This document shows, piece by piece, positions 30,612 through 40,895 of a stretch of DNA of 64,000 nucleotides. Each line of letters starts with the position of its first letter. The stretch's first letter is position 1. Source of the DNA: Alphaproteobacteria bacterium (GTDB taxonomy: Bacteria; Pseudomonadota; Alphaproteobacteria; JAAXGF01); contig CAUVXB020000001.1 of assembly GCA_963555825.3 (NCBI GenBank), positions 1,088,001 through 1,152,000 of the forward strand, written 5' to 3'. The position numbers were made by a program, and so were the translations under genes. The notes beneath the pieces were generated by a model. The model was not told the DNA's origin. It did not search any database and saw only the letters and a program-made list of their open reading frames with translations.

Positions 30612-31322
30612 ATGGAACTGGTCTTCCAAGACGACGCTTACGCCAAGAGCTGCGCGGCGACGGTGGTGTCGGCCGAGCCCGGCGCGATCCGGCTCGATCG
30701 CAGCGTGTTCTATCCGACCGGCGGCGGACAACCCGGCGATACCGGCGTGCTCAGGTTGGCCGACGGCCGGCAAGTCGAGATCGTCGACACCGTCAAGGGC
30801 GCGCTGCCCGGCGACATCATCCACGTCCCGGCCGACGATGCGCCCCTGCCCGCGCCCGGCGACGCGGTGACCGCCGCGCTCGATTGGCAACGCCGCCACC
30901 GCCTGATGCGCATGCACACCTGTCTGCATCTTTTGTGCGCGGTGGTCGACGGCCCGGTGACCGGCGGCCAGATTTCGGACGGCAAGGGCCGGCTCGACTT
31001 CGACCTGTCCGAGATACCGCTCGGCAAGGACGAGATCACGGCGGCGATCAACCGCCTGGTCGACGAAGACCATCCGGCCAATCCGCGCTGGGTCGATGAC
31101 GCCGAGTTCGACGCCAGCCCCGCGCTGGTCAAGACCATGTCGGTCGCGCCACCGCGTGGCCAGGGCCGTGTCCGCCTGCTCGACATCGAGGGCGTCGACC
31201 TGCAGGCCTGCGGCGGGACGCATGTCGCGCGCACCGGCGAGATCGGCAAGGTGCGGGTCGCCAAGATCGAGAACAAGGGCCGCCACAACCGGCGCGTCGT
31301 CATCGTCTTCGACGAGGCCTGA
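30612..31322 (+). CDS. AlaX-type alanyl-tRNA editing protein
   Basis: FYPTGGGQPGDTG, HTCLH, CGGTH. Confidence 0.92.
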   Translation: MELVFQDDAYAKSCAATVVSAEPGAIRLDRSVFYPTGGGQPGDTGVLRLADGRQVEIVDTVKGALPGDIIHVPADDAPLPAPGDAVTAALDWQRRHRLMRMHTCLHLLCAVVDGPVTGGQISDGKGRLDFDLSEIPLGKDEITAAINRLVDEDHPANPRWVDDAEFDASPALVKTMSVAPPRGQGRVRLLDIEGVDLQACGGTHVARTGEIGKVRVAKIENKGRHNRRVVIVFDEA

Positions 31323-31323
31323 C

Positions 31324-32160
31324 ATGGAGCCGCTGGTCAGCACCACGTGGCTCGCCGATCGTCTCGAGGCGCCCGATATCCGGATCGTCGACGCCTCGTG
31401 GTACCTGCCCGGCGTCGAGCGTGACGCAGAAGCGGAATATGCCGAGTGCCATATTCCCGCCGCGGTCTACTTCGACATCGACGACATCGCCGATACCGAC
31501 AACCCGTTGCCGCACATGTTGCCGGCGCCTGAGAAGTTCTCGAGCCGGGTGCGCAAGCTGGGGCTCGGCGACGGCGTGCGCATCGTCGTCTATGACAGCG
31601 GCAGTTGGATGGCCTCGGCCAGGGTCTGGTGGATGTTCCACGTCTTCGGCCACGACGACGTCGCGGTGCTCGACGGCGGCTTCGCCAAGTGGCAGGCCGA
31701 GGACCATCCGGTCGACAACCGCCCGGTGATGGCGCGTGATCGCCACTTCACCGCGCGCATGAACACATTGCTGGTGCGCGATGTCGACCAGATGCTCGGC
31801 AATGTCGAAAGCCGCCGGTCGCAGGTGCTCGACGCGCGCGCCGCGGGGCGCTTCGACGCCACCATTCCCGAGCCGCGCGCCGGGCTGCGCGGCGGGCACA
31901 TACCGGGCAGCCTGAACCTGCCCTACGACCGGCTGATCGACGCCGATAACGGCGAAATGTTGCCGCCGGACGCGCTCGTCGCTGCGTTTGACGCGGCGGG
32001 GACCGACCGCTCGCGACCCATCGTCACGACCTGCGGGTCGGGCGTCAGCGCCGGCGTCCTCTCTTTGGCGCTGGCCGTGATCGGGCACCGCGGCGTCGCC
32101 GTCTACGATGGCTCGTGGACCGAATGGGGCGGTCGCGATGACACGCCGATCGAGCCTTGA
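31324..32160 (+). CDS. sseA: 3-mercaptopyruvate sulfurtransferase
   Basis: Two rhodanese domains; CGSGVSA, YDGSWTEW. Confidence 0.92.
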   Translation: MEPLVSTTWLADRLEAPDIRIVDASWYLPGVERDAEAEYAECHIPAAVYFDIDDIADTDNPLPHMLPAPEKFSSRVRKLGLGDGVRIVVYDSGSWMASARVWWMFHVFGHDDVAVLDGGFAKWQAEDHPVDNRPVMARDRHFTARMNTLLVRDVDQMLGNVESRRSQVLDARAAGRFDATIPEPRAGLRGGHIPGSLNLPYDRLIDADNGEMLPPDALVAAFDAAGTDRSRPIVTTCGSGVSAGVLSLALAVIGHRGVAVYDGSWTEWGGRDDTPIEP

Positions 32161-34027
32161 AGCGACGGCATTGACCGGTTCCGAGCCAACCATCCGCGTC
32201 TATCGCGACCCCGACGAGGACCAGGTCGTCGCGCTCTGGCATGCCTGCGGCCTGACCAAGGACTACAACCCGCCTGCCGGCGACATCGCGTTCTGCCGCG
32301 CGACGCCGACCGCCGAGCTGTTCGTCGCCGAGGACGACGGCCGGGTTGTCGCGACGGCAATGACCGGCCATGACGGCCACCGAGGCTGGCTATACTACGT
32401 CGCGGTCGAACCGGCATTGCGCAGCACGGGTCTCGGCCGCCGCATGGTCGCGCGGGCCGAGGCGTGGCTCGCAGCGCTCGGTGTGCGCAAGGGTGCGAGT
32501 CTCGCATGGCAGTGATGTCTGCGGCTTGGTTCGTTGAGTTCAGGCAGCGATTGCCATGGCTGCTGCACGTGGACTGATGTTGTCGTTGGCCGGTGTGTCG
32601 GTTGCGCTGATCAGGGCCTTCCATGCCCGCTCGAAGCGGCCGGATTTGATCAGGGCGCGGAAGGTCAGAACAGCCTGTCCGCCGACGATCCGCCAGCGCA
32701 TGCCGGAGCGCTTCATGCGCTGTGTCACCAGGGTCTTGTTGGCAGCTTCGACCACGCCTGAGCCGATGGCGATGCCCTCTTCCTTCAGGGCGTGGTAGCG
32801 CATGCGATGGCGATGCTTGCGGAAGAAGGCGAGTTCCCGCTCGGTCTCGGCCCGGTCCGGCGCAGCGGCGGCATCGCGAAGGTGGCGCAGCGCCCGGATC
32901 ACCTTGGCGACGCCACGGGGATCGTGACGGAGGATCTCGCGGTACTTCTCGAACCAGCCGGGCGCCACGGCATGGTCGGACGCGGTTTGCAGATGTTCGC
33001 AAGCATGCCAGAAGTCGATCACCTCGGTTTCGGGCGACAGGGTCTCCAGGAAGGTCCAGTTGTCGGCGGCGCCATCGGCGATAGCGACGATCCCGATCTC
33101 GGGGCGTGCTCGCCTGATGTGTGCGACTTCGCTTGCAAGCTGCGCCTTCAGCGTGAGCTTGCCGCTCTCCGGCATGCGGCCGAGATAGAGGGTCTTCAGG
33201 CGCTTGCCCTCGGCGTCGTGGAAGGAGACCGTGCCGCAGGCAGCCTCGCGCCAGGAGGCCTTGGCGCGACCGTCCTCGCCGGGTCTCAGCGGCACCATGA
33301 CGCCGTCGAGGGAGACCGAGGCGGTGGTCGCGTCCTGCGGTATGCCCTCGGCCTCACGGATGCTGCCCAGCGTCTCCGGGCCGAGGCTCTCCCAGCATTC
33401 GTGCATGCTCAGGGTCAGGCGCTGCAGGGTGCTCACCGACGGCGTCATGGCGCCGGTCTTCGCAAAGAACGCCGCCGCTTCCCGGGCCGTGCAGTGACCC
33501 ATCATCAGCAGACCGAGCTCGGCCGCCGGCCGCGTCAGGTAATCGTCGACGAGGCCCAGGCTCTCGTCGACCGGCACCGGCGATGCCCCGCTCGCGCCGC
33601 TGCGGTAACGCGCTCGCCGGTAGGTCACCGGACCGAGCGAGGTCATGATCGTCTTCGGCGTCACCGCGACCCGGAACCAGCTCTGCCCGTCCCGCTCGAT
33701 CCGGGAAGCGCCATCGTCCCGGTTCTCGATGACGGCGCCCATGACATCGCGAGCGAACTCGTTCGTGGCCTCACGCACCCGCAACTCGACCTCCTCGGGC
33801 GCCTCGGGGCGCGGCTCGGAACGAAGCTCCTCGCGACACAGTGCGAGCACCCGGGCGGCCGCCTCGACGACCCGAGGAGGCAGGCCGGAAAGATCGATGG
33901 ACGAAGGCGTGAGAACGGCAGAGCAATAATCCCCCACTGAAGCGGCCGGTCGATCCGGCTGCGGCGGACCAAAATGGGACCGCGTATAGCCTTCTGTCAG
34001 GGTTGCTCTGACTGGAAGGCGGGGGGG

Positions 34028-35527
34028 ATGTATCGGGTGGAGTTGTACGCACGGGTTCGGCGGGCGTGTCATGTCGAGGGGATGAGCACCCGCGAGGCCT
34101 CGCGGGTGTTTGGTGTAGACCGCAAGACGGTCCGTAAGATGCTGTCGTTCTCGGTGCCGCCAGGGTATCGCCGAAGCGCGCCGCCGAGGCGGCCAAAGCT
34201 GGGTCCGTTCACGGGAATCATCGATCGGATCTTGGAAGACGATCGGACCAGCCACCGCAAGCAACGGCACACTGCGAAGCGCATCTTCGACCGCCTCCGG
34301 GACGAGTACGGTTTCACGGGCGGCTACACCATCGTGAAGGACTACGTTCGTGAGCAGGGGCTTCGGTCGCGTGAGGTGTTCGTGCCACTCTCCCATTCCC
34401 CCGGTCACGCCCAGGCGGACTTCGGCGAAGCGATGGCGGTGATCGGCGGCGCGTTACGGAAGATCCACTTCCTTGCCTTCGACCTTCCCCACAGTGATGG
34501 TTGCTTTGTTGCGGCCTATCCGGCGGAGACGACCGAAGCATTCTGCGATGGCCACAACGCGGCGTTTGCCTTCTTCGGCGGCGTCCCCCGATCCATCCTG
34601 TACGACAACACCAAGCTGGCGGTTGCCCGGATCCTGGGCGATGGGAAGCGGCAGCGAACGCGCGTCTTCACGGAGCTTCAGTCCCACTATCTGTTCGAGG
34701 ACAGGTTCGGCCGGCCGGGCAAGGGCAACGACAAGGGCAAGGTCGAGGGACTGGTCGGCTTCATCCGGCGGAACTTCCTGGTCCCCGTCCCGCGTGCCGA
34801 GAGCTTCGCGGCCCTCAACGATGCTCTCGCCGAACAGTGCCGCCGGCGCCAGGCGGCGCGGCTGCGGGGCCACAAGGAGACCATCGGCGAGCGTCTCGAG
34901 CGGGATCGTCAAGTTCTCTTGCCATTGCCGCCTGCTCCCTATGATGCCTGCGATAAGCGCCCTGGACGGGCGAGTTCGCTGTCGCTGGTGCGTTACCGCA
35001 GCAACGACTATTCCGTGCCCGTGGCCTACGGCCACCGTGAGGTGCTCATCCGGGGCTACGTCGATGAGGTGGTGATCAGCTGCGGGGCCGAGGTGATCGC
35101 CCGGCACCGCCGGTCCTACGACAGCGAGGACCTGATCTTCGACCCGCTGCATTACCTGCCCTTGATCGAGCAGAAGATCGGCGCCCTCGACCAGGCCGCG
35201 CCATTGGCGGGCTGGGACCTGCCCGAGGCCTTCATCACTCTGCGGCGGCTCCTCGAAGCTCGTATGGGCAAGGCAGGCAAGCGCGAGTACGTCCAGGTGC
35301 TCCGTCTACTGGAGACCTTCCGGCTCGAGGAGGTCGAGGGTGCGGTCGGCGACGCCCTGCGGCTCGGCGCAATCGGCTTTGATGCGGTGAAGCACCTGGT
35401 ACTGTGCCGCATCGAGCGGCGGCCGCCCAGGCTCAACCTCGACGTCTATCCGTATCTGCCGCGCGCCCGGGTCGCGATGACGTCCGCCAAGTCGTACATG
35501 AGCCTGCTGTCGGGGCTCGGCGCATGA
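34028..35527 (+). CDS. istA: IS21 transposase IstA
   Basis: PGHAQADFG, LYDNTK, KGKVEGLVG. Confidence 0.94.
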   Translation: MYRVELYARVRRACHVEGMSTREASRVFGVDRKTVRKMLSFSVPPGYRRSAPPRRPKLGPFTGIIDRILEDDRTSHRKQRHTAKRIFDRLRDEYGFTGGYTIVKDYVREQGLRSREVFVPLSHSPGHAQADFGEAMAVIGGALRKIHFLAFDLPHSDGCFVAAYPAETTEAFCDGHNAAFAFFGGVPRSILYDNTKLAVARILGDGKRQRTRVFTELQSHYLFEDRFGRPGKGNDKGKVEGLVGFIRRNFLVPVPRAESFAALNDALAEQCRRRQAARLRGHKETIGERLERDRQVLLPLPPAPYDACDKRPGRASSLSLVRYRSNDYSVPVAYGHREVLIRGYVDEVVISCGAEVIARHRRSYDSEDLIFDPLHYLPLIEQKIGALDQAAPLAGWDLPEAFITLRRLLEARMGKAGKREYVQVLRLLETFRLEEVEGAVGDALRLGAIGFDAVKHLVLCRIERRPPRLNLDVYPYLPRARVAMTSAKSYMSLLSGLGA

Positions 35528-36288
35528 CCGACACACCGCAAGTGCTGCTCGCCCACCACCTCAAGACGCTGAAGCTGCCGACCTTCCTGCGCGAGTACGA
35601 CAAGATCGCCCGGCAGTGCGCCTCGGAAGGCGTCGATCACGTCCGCTACCTGTTGAGACTCGCCGAGCTCGAGCTGATCGACCGCGAGCGCCGCATGGTC
35701 GAGCGGCGCATCAAGGCGGCGCGCTTCCCCGTGGTCAAGAGCCTCGACAGCTTCGACTTCAAGGTCATCCCCTCGCTCAACAAGGCGCTGGTCCTGGAGC
35801 TGGCCCGCTGCGAGTACATCGAGCGCCGCGAGAACCTCATCGCGCTCGGCAACAGTGGGACCGGCAAGACCCACATCGCCCTCGGTCTCGGCCTGGCGGC
35901 CTGCCAGAAGGGCCTCTCGGTCGGCTTCATCACCGCCGCCGCGCTGGTCCACGAACTCATCGAGGCCCGCGATGACAAGCAGCTGCTGAGGTTCCAGAAG
36001 AAGCTCGCCACCTACAAGCTTCTGATCGTCGACGAACTCGGCTTCGTGCCGCTGTCGAAGACCGGCGCCGAGCTGTTGTTCGAGGTGTTCAGCCAACGCT
36101 ACGAGCGGGGCTCGACCCTGGTCACCACCAATCTGCCCTTCGACGAATGGACCGAGGTGTTCGGCTCCGAGCGCCTCACCGGCGCGCTCCTCGATCGCCT
36201 CACCCACCACGTCAACATCCTCGAGATGAACGGTGACAGCTACAGGCTCAACCAGAGCCGCAGGCGTCAAACCCCGACTGCTAACTGA
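35524..36288 (+). CDS. istB: IS21 helper ATPase IstB
   Basis: GNSGTGKTH, LIVDELGF, LLDRLTHH; ATGA overlap with istA. Confidence 0.95.
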   Translation: MTDTPQVLLAHHLKTLKLPTFLREYDKIARQCASEGVDHVRYLLRLAELELIDRERRMVERRIKAARFPVVKSLDSFDFKVIPSLNKALVLELARCEYIERRENLIALGNSGTGKTHIALGLGLAACQKGLSVGFITAAALVHELIEARDDKQLLRFQKKLATYKLLIVDELGFVPLSKTGAELLFEVFSQRYERGSTLVTTNLPFDEWTEVFGSERLTGALLDRLTHHVNILEMNGDSYRLNQSRRRQTPTAN

Positions 36289-36869
36289 ACCGACCACCCA
36301 GCCCACGCTTGACCCCGTGGGCCCACAGGTCCCTCCCGCGCGCGCCGCCGCGTCAGCCTGTTGAGGGCACGCCGCGTCGCGCGCGGGGCCCTCCCGTGGA
36401 CTACGGGGACAAGCCCGCAGCCGCCAAGCGGTCCCTTCTTACACCGCCGAGGTGGTCCCTTTTTGCTCCGCCATTGACAAAGGCGCCGGAGGCGGGGATA
36501 CTGCCATGGGAATGCTCCCGATGTTGGGTTTCGAGACACGGCATCGTACCGCTTCTGGCGGTGCGGAGCGTTCCCACCTTCCCCTGCTCGACCCTGCCGT
36601 CGTAACAAAATCCTGCCTTGGAGCGGCCCATTGTCACGAATAGCCGATTTCGGCCGTTCGTCTCGACACAAAAAACGCACTAAATCAATGACTTAGATTT
36701 TCCATACCAGACCCACACCCGTGCGCAAGGTCAACCTGATCATCCGCGACACCAACACCGCGGTGCGAGGGTTTTACGAACGCCTCGGTTACGATGTCGA
36801 GCCGCGCACCCAGATGGCGCGCTGGTTGGTCGAGCAGCCGATGGCCAATGACGACGGTTGAAGGCGACG

Positions 36870-37406
36870 ATGGCGCGTAGCAAAAAGACCAAGGAGCGGA
36901 TCGAGACGACGGTCATCTACCTCGAGATGACCGAGCGACCGACGCGGCCCTATACGCCGCCGCCAGCAGGCAAGCTCGCCATCTTTCGCGCCGAGACGCC
37001 GACGGTCTCGTTCTACCGCTACATGTACGACACGATCGGCGCGCAGTGGACCTGGAGCGACCGGCGTGAACTCGACGACGCGGCGCTCGAAGCGATCATC
37101 CACGACCCCGACGTGGCGATCTACATTCTCTACGCCGCCGGCGTGCCGGCCGGCTTCGTCGAGCTCGACGGGCGCATCGAAGGCTCGGTCGAACTTAGCT
37201 ATGTCGGATTGGTGCCGGAATTTGTCGGACGCGGCCTGGGCGGCTACCTGCTCGATTGGGCGGTCTCGGCCGCCTGGCTGATGGAACCGGAACGCGTCTG
37301 GCTTCACACCTGCTCACTCGACCACCCGAGCGCGCTGCCGATGTATCAGCGCGCCGGCTTCGTGCCCTACGATCAACAGATCGAAACCGTGGCGGTCCTC
37401 GACTAG
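36870..37406 (+). CDS. GNAT acetyltransferase
   Basis: GLVPEFVGRGLGG, VWLHTCSLDHP, YQRAGF. Confidence 0.88.
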   Translation: MARSKKTKERIETTVIYLEMTERPTRPYTPPPAGKLAIFRAETPTVSFYRYMYDTIGAQWTWSDRRELDDAALEAIIHDPDVAIYILYAAGVPAGFVELDGRIEGSVELSYVGLVPEFVGRGLGGYLLDWAVSAAWLMEPERVWLHTCSLDHPSALPMYQRAGFVPYDQQIETVAVLD

Positions 37407-37420
37407 CGGCCTGATCCTTC

Positions 37421-38224
37421 CTAGTTGTGGAGGATCTGGCTGAGGAACAGCTTGGTGCGGTCGGACTGCGGGTTGTTGAAGAACTGGTGCGGCTCGTTCA
37501 TCTCGATGATCTCGCCGAAGTCCATGAAGATCACCCGGTCGGCGACGGTCTTGGCGAAACCCATCTCGTGGGTCACGACGATCATCGTCATGCCGGTCGA
37601 GGCAAGCTCGACCATGACCTCGAGCACCTCCTTGATCATCTCCGGGTCGAGCGCGGAGGTCGGCTCGTCGAACAGCATGATCTTGGGGTTCATGCACAGC
37701 GAGCGCGCGATCGCCACGCGTTGCTGCTGACCGCCCGAGAGCTGACCGGGATACTTGTCTGCTTGCTCGGGGATCTTGACGCGCTCGAGATAAGCCATGG
37801 CGGATTCGACCGCCTTGGATTTGGGGATCTTGCGCACCCAGATCGGCGCCAGCGTCAGATTCTCGAGCACGGTGAGATGCGGGAACAGGTTGAAGCTCTG
37901 AAACACCATGCCGACTTCACTGCGGATCTGGTCGAGGTTCTTCAGGTCGCTGCCCAGCGTCAACCCGTCGACGATGATGTCGCCTTCCTGATGCTCCTCG
38001 AGCCGGTTGATGCAACGGATCAGCGTCGATTTTCCCGAACCGGAAGGCCCGCAGACGACGATGCGCTCACCCTGGGTTATCGAGAGGTTGATGTCGCGCA
38101 GGACGTGGAACTCACCGAACCACTTGTTGACGTGGTTGAGGAGGATGATGACCTCGGACGAGGCCGCCGACGCCAGTTGGCCGGGGGTCTCCGCTTCGGT
38201 CGTCTCGGTGGTGGTCTCAACCAT
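37421..38224 (-). CDS. aapP: Amino acid ABC transporter ATPase
   Basis: [29 protein letters not shown]. Confidence 0.9.
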   Translation of the reverse strand: MVETTTETTEAETPGQLASAASSEVIILLNHVNKWFGEFHVLRDINLSITQGERIVVCGPSGSGKSTLIRCINRLEEHQEGDIIVDGLTLGSDLKNLDQIRSEVGMVFQSFNLFPHLTVLENLTLAPIWVRKIPKSKAVESAMAYLERVKIPEQADKYPGQLSGGQQQRVAIARSLCMNPKIMLFDEPTSALDPEMIKEVLEVMVELASTGMTMIVVTHEMGFAKTVADRVIFMDFGEIIEMNEPHQFFNNPQSDRTKLFLSQILHN

Positions 38225-38253
38225 GGCTTATCCCCTTTTGAGGTCGACCCCGA

Positions 38254-39612
38254 TCAGCGTTGCGTTCCGCCGCCGAGGGTTTCTTCGAGATGGCGGCTGT
38301 ACTTCGACATGGCGAAGCAAATGATGAAGAACAGGGCCGCGCCGACCACCAGCGGCTCCTTGTGCAAGCCGCGCCAAGGCACGTCCTGACTGACCGCCTT
38401 GAGCATGTTCAGGATATCGAACAAGCCGATGATCGAGACCAGCGTGGTGTCCTTCAACAGGCCGATGAAGTTGCCGACGATATTCGGGATCATGAACTTC
38501 AGCGCCTGCGGCATGATGATCAGACCCATCATCTTCCAATAGCCGAGACCCATCGCCATGGCCGCTTCGTACTGGCCCCTGGGAATCGCCTGCAGGCCGG
38601 CGCGCACGACCTCGGCCATGTAGCAGGCGTTGAACAGGCACACCGCAACGATCACCTGCACCAGCTTGTTCAAGGTGAACCCTTCGGGCAGGAACAGCGG
38701 GAACATGGTCGTCGCCATGAACAGGATGGTGATCAACGGCACCGACCGGAAGACCTCGATGAATCCGGTACAGAGTATCCGGATGACGGGCAGCTGCGAT
38801 CGACGGCCCATCGCGAGAACGATGCCGCCAGGCAGGGCGAAGGCGATGCCGATGCCGGAAATCACCAAAGTCAGGAACAGCCCGCCCCAAAGGTTCCATT
38901 CGACGGAGACGAGGGCCCAGTCCATCTGCGCCCAAAAGGCCAGCGCGAAGGCAGCGGCGAAGATGGCCAGCAAGGTGTTGCGCTGCTTCTTGTCCGACGA
39001 CGCCTTCATGCCGAGGCCGGCGATCACGACCGCGGGCAGCGAACGCCCCGAGCGGACCCCGTGATAGGCGTTGAGGGTGTTGCCGATCAGGACGACGATC
39101 GCGAGCGACATCATGACTTGAAGGAACAGCCCCTTCTCGCCGCCGGCGAAAAGATAGAAGCCGAGGAAGGGATACAGGAACACGGTGCTGAAACCGACGT
39201 AGATCTTGTCCCTCACCCTGGGCAGCCAGATCGGCACCATCCAAACGACGAGCAAGAGGCCGCCGAGATTGATACGCCACATCTCGCCCCGGGGATAGCG
39301 GCCAACGATGAAGCTGTCGAACCAGCTGATGACGCCCGCCCAACACGCGCCCGTGAGTTCATCGACACCTTGTTCTTGCGCGCGCTCGGCCAGGATGTCG
39401 AAGCAGACGCGCCGGTTCTCGGCCTCCCACACGGCGTTGGTAATGCCCCACGCCCAAACGCCCGACACCGCGAAGTAGATGATGTAGAGCGCGCCGAAGG
39501 TCAGGAGCGTGTTGATCCAGGTGCTGAACAGGTTGTCGCGCAGCCACGCGAACCACGTGCCCTGCACCGTCGGCGGTGGCCTGTATCCTTCTGCGGGAAT
39601 TGCCTCGGCCAT
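38254..39612 (-). CDS. aapM: Amino acid ABC transporter permease
   Basis: WLRDNLFS, YMAEVVRAGLQAIPRGQYEAA. Confidence 0.88.
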   Translation of the reverse strand: MAEAIPAEGYRPPPTVQGTWFAWLRDNLFSTWINTLLTFGALYIIYFAVSGVWAWGITNAVWEAENRRVCFDILAERAQEQGVDELTGACWAGVISWFDSFIVGRYPRGEMWRINLGGLLLVVWMVPIWLPRVRDKIYVGFSTVFLYPFLGFYLFAGGEKGLFLQVMMSLAIVVLIGNTLNAYHGVRSGRSLPAVVIAGLGMKASSDKKQRNTLLAIFAAAFALAFWAQMDWALVSVEWNLWGGLFLTLVISGIGIAFALPGGIVLAMGRRSQLPVIRILCTGFIEVFRSVPLITILFMATTMFPLFLPEGFTLNKLVQVIVAVCLFNACYMAEVVRAGLQAIPRGQYEAAMAMGLGYWKMMGLIIMPQALKFMIPNIVGNFIGLLKDTTLVSIIGLFDILNMLKAVSQDVPWRGLHKEPLVVGAALFFIICFAMSKYSRHLEETLGGGTQR

Positions 39613-39614
39613 GT

Positions 39615-40817
39615 CTAGCGCTCCCTCAGCTGCACGCGTTTATTGTAGATATTCATGAAGAACGAGATCGTCAGACTGATCGTCATGTAGAACAACATGG
39701 TGATGGCGACGATCTCGATCGCGTAGCCGGACTGATTGAGCGACGTCTGCATGAACAGCGCGACGACATCGGAATAGCCGATGGCGACGGCCAGCGACGA
39801 ATTCTTCACGACGTTCATCCAGGTCGAGATCATCGGCGGCACGATGGCCAGCATCGCCTGCGGAATGATGACCAGCGCCATGACCCTGCCGGGCCTGAGG
39901 CCGAGCGCGTTCGCCGCCTCGGTCTGGCCCTTGCTGACCGACAGGATGCCCGCCCTCACCGCTTCGGCCATATGCGCCGAATGATAGATCGTCAACGAGA
40001 CCAGAAGCGCGAGGAACGCCGGCGGCAGGGCGAAGCCGCCCTGGTAGTTGAATCCCTCGAGCGCGGCAATGTCCCATGAGAGCGGCATACCCGTGGCCAG
40101 GTAGACCACCCCGGGCAAGGCCACGATAACGCCGAGTCCGGCCCAGAACGACGGGAACTGCTGGCCCGTCTGCTCTTGGCGACGGCGCGCCCATCGTCTG
40201 ATCATGAAGGCCGCGACGACGGCGATGACAAACGCCGTCATCGTCATCCAGAACATCTCGCCGGGCACCGCCGACGGCACGTAAAGGCCGCGGTTGTTGA
40301 GGAACGCGATGCCGAGGAAGTCCGCGCTCTGCTTGACTTTCGGCAGGAGCGCGAAGACGCCGAGATACCAGAATATGATTTGAATCAGGAGCGGCACGTT
40401 TCGCAGGATCTCGACGTAGGTCAGCGCAAGACGCGAGATCAGCCAGTTTGTCGACAACCGCATAACGCCCATGAAGAAACCGATCACGGTGCTGGCGACG
40501 ATCGCGAAGACCGAGACGAAAAGCGTGTTCAAGACCCCGACGAAGAAGATACGGCCATAGGTTCCCGTGCCGACGGTGTATTCGATCAGCTTGAAGTCGG
40601 TATCGAAACCGGCGGTCTGGAACAGGAACCCGAAACCCGAGTTCATGCCCCGGACCTCGAGGTTGTGAGAGGTGTTCGTGAACAGATACCAGACCAGCCA
40701 GGCAAAGGTGCCGGCGGTCAGCGTCTGATAGAAAAGGTTCCGAACCCGCTCGTCGTAGAAAAAGCTGACCGAACTCTTAGGCTGGCTCTTGACCAGCGAA
40801 GTATCCGACGTGGCCAT
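39615..40817 (-). CDS. aapQ: Amino acid ABC transporter permease
   Basis: AEAVRAGILSVSKGQTEAA, KNSSLAVAIGY. Confidence 0.88.
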   Translation of the reverse strand: MATSDTSLVKSQPKSSVSFFYDERVRNLFYQTLTAGTFAWLVWYLFTNTSHNLEVRGMNSGFGFLFQTAGFDTDFKLIEYTVGTGTYGRIFFVGVLNTLFVSVFAIVASTVIGFFMGVMRLSTNWLISRLALTYVEILRNVPLLIQIIFWYLGVFALLPKVKQSADFLGIAFLNNRGLYVPSAVPGEMFWMTMTAFVIAVVAAFMIRRWARRRQEQTGQQFPSFWAGLGVIVALPGVVYLATGMPLSWDIAALEGFNYQGGFALPPAFLALLVSLTIYHSAHMAEAVRAGILSVSKGQTEAANALGLRPGRVMALVIIPQAMLAIVPPMISTWMNVVKNSSLAVAIGYSDVVALFMQTSLNQSGYAIEIVAITMLFYMTISLTISFFMNIYNKRVQLRER

Positions 40818-40854
40818 AATTCTAGGTCCCGCTCGTTAGATGGCGCCTAAAAGT

Positions 40855-40887
40855 ATGGCGCCCAACCCAGGCCGGGTTGGGCGCCAT
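40855..40887. terminator. Perfect 14-bp stem-loop between aapJ and aapQ (partial terminator or mRNA stabiliser)
   Basis: ATGGCGCCCAACCC-AGGCC-GGGTTGGGCGCCAT. Confidence 0.7.
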
Positions 40888-40895
40888 TTAGGATC

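Larger units (their letters stand above)
33910..36479 (+). mobile_element. IS21-family element
   Basis: Ends TGAGAACGGCAGAGCAA / TTGCTCCGCCATTGACA; 6-bp TSD AAGGCG (33904-33909, 36480-36485). Confidence 0.93.
32491..36720 (-). mobile_element. ISKra4/ISLre2-like element, copy 2, containing IS21
   Basis: Same TIRs as copy 1, inverted; 8-bp TSD GTGCGCAA (32483-32490, 36721-36728). Confidence 0.92.
32171..36861 (+). pseudogene. GNAT acetyltransferase split by ISKra4-like copy 2 (parts 32171-32490 and 36721-36861)
   Basis: GHDGHRGWLYYVAV...LGVRK|VNLIIRDTNTAVRGFYERLGY rejoins in frame after removing the IS and one TSD. Confidence 0.9.
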
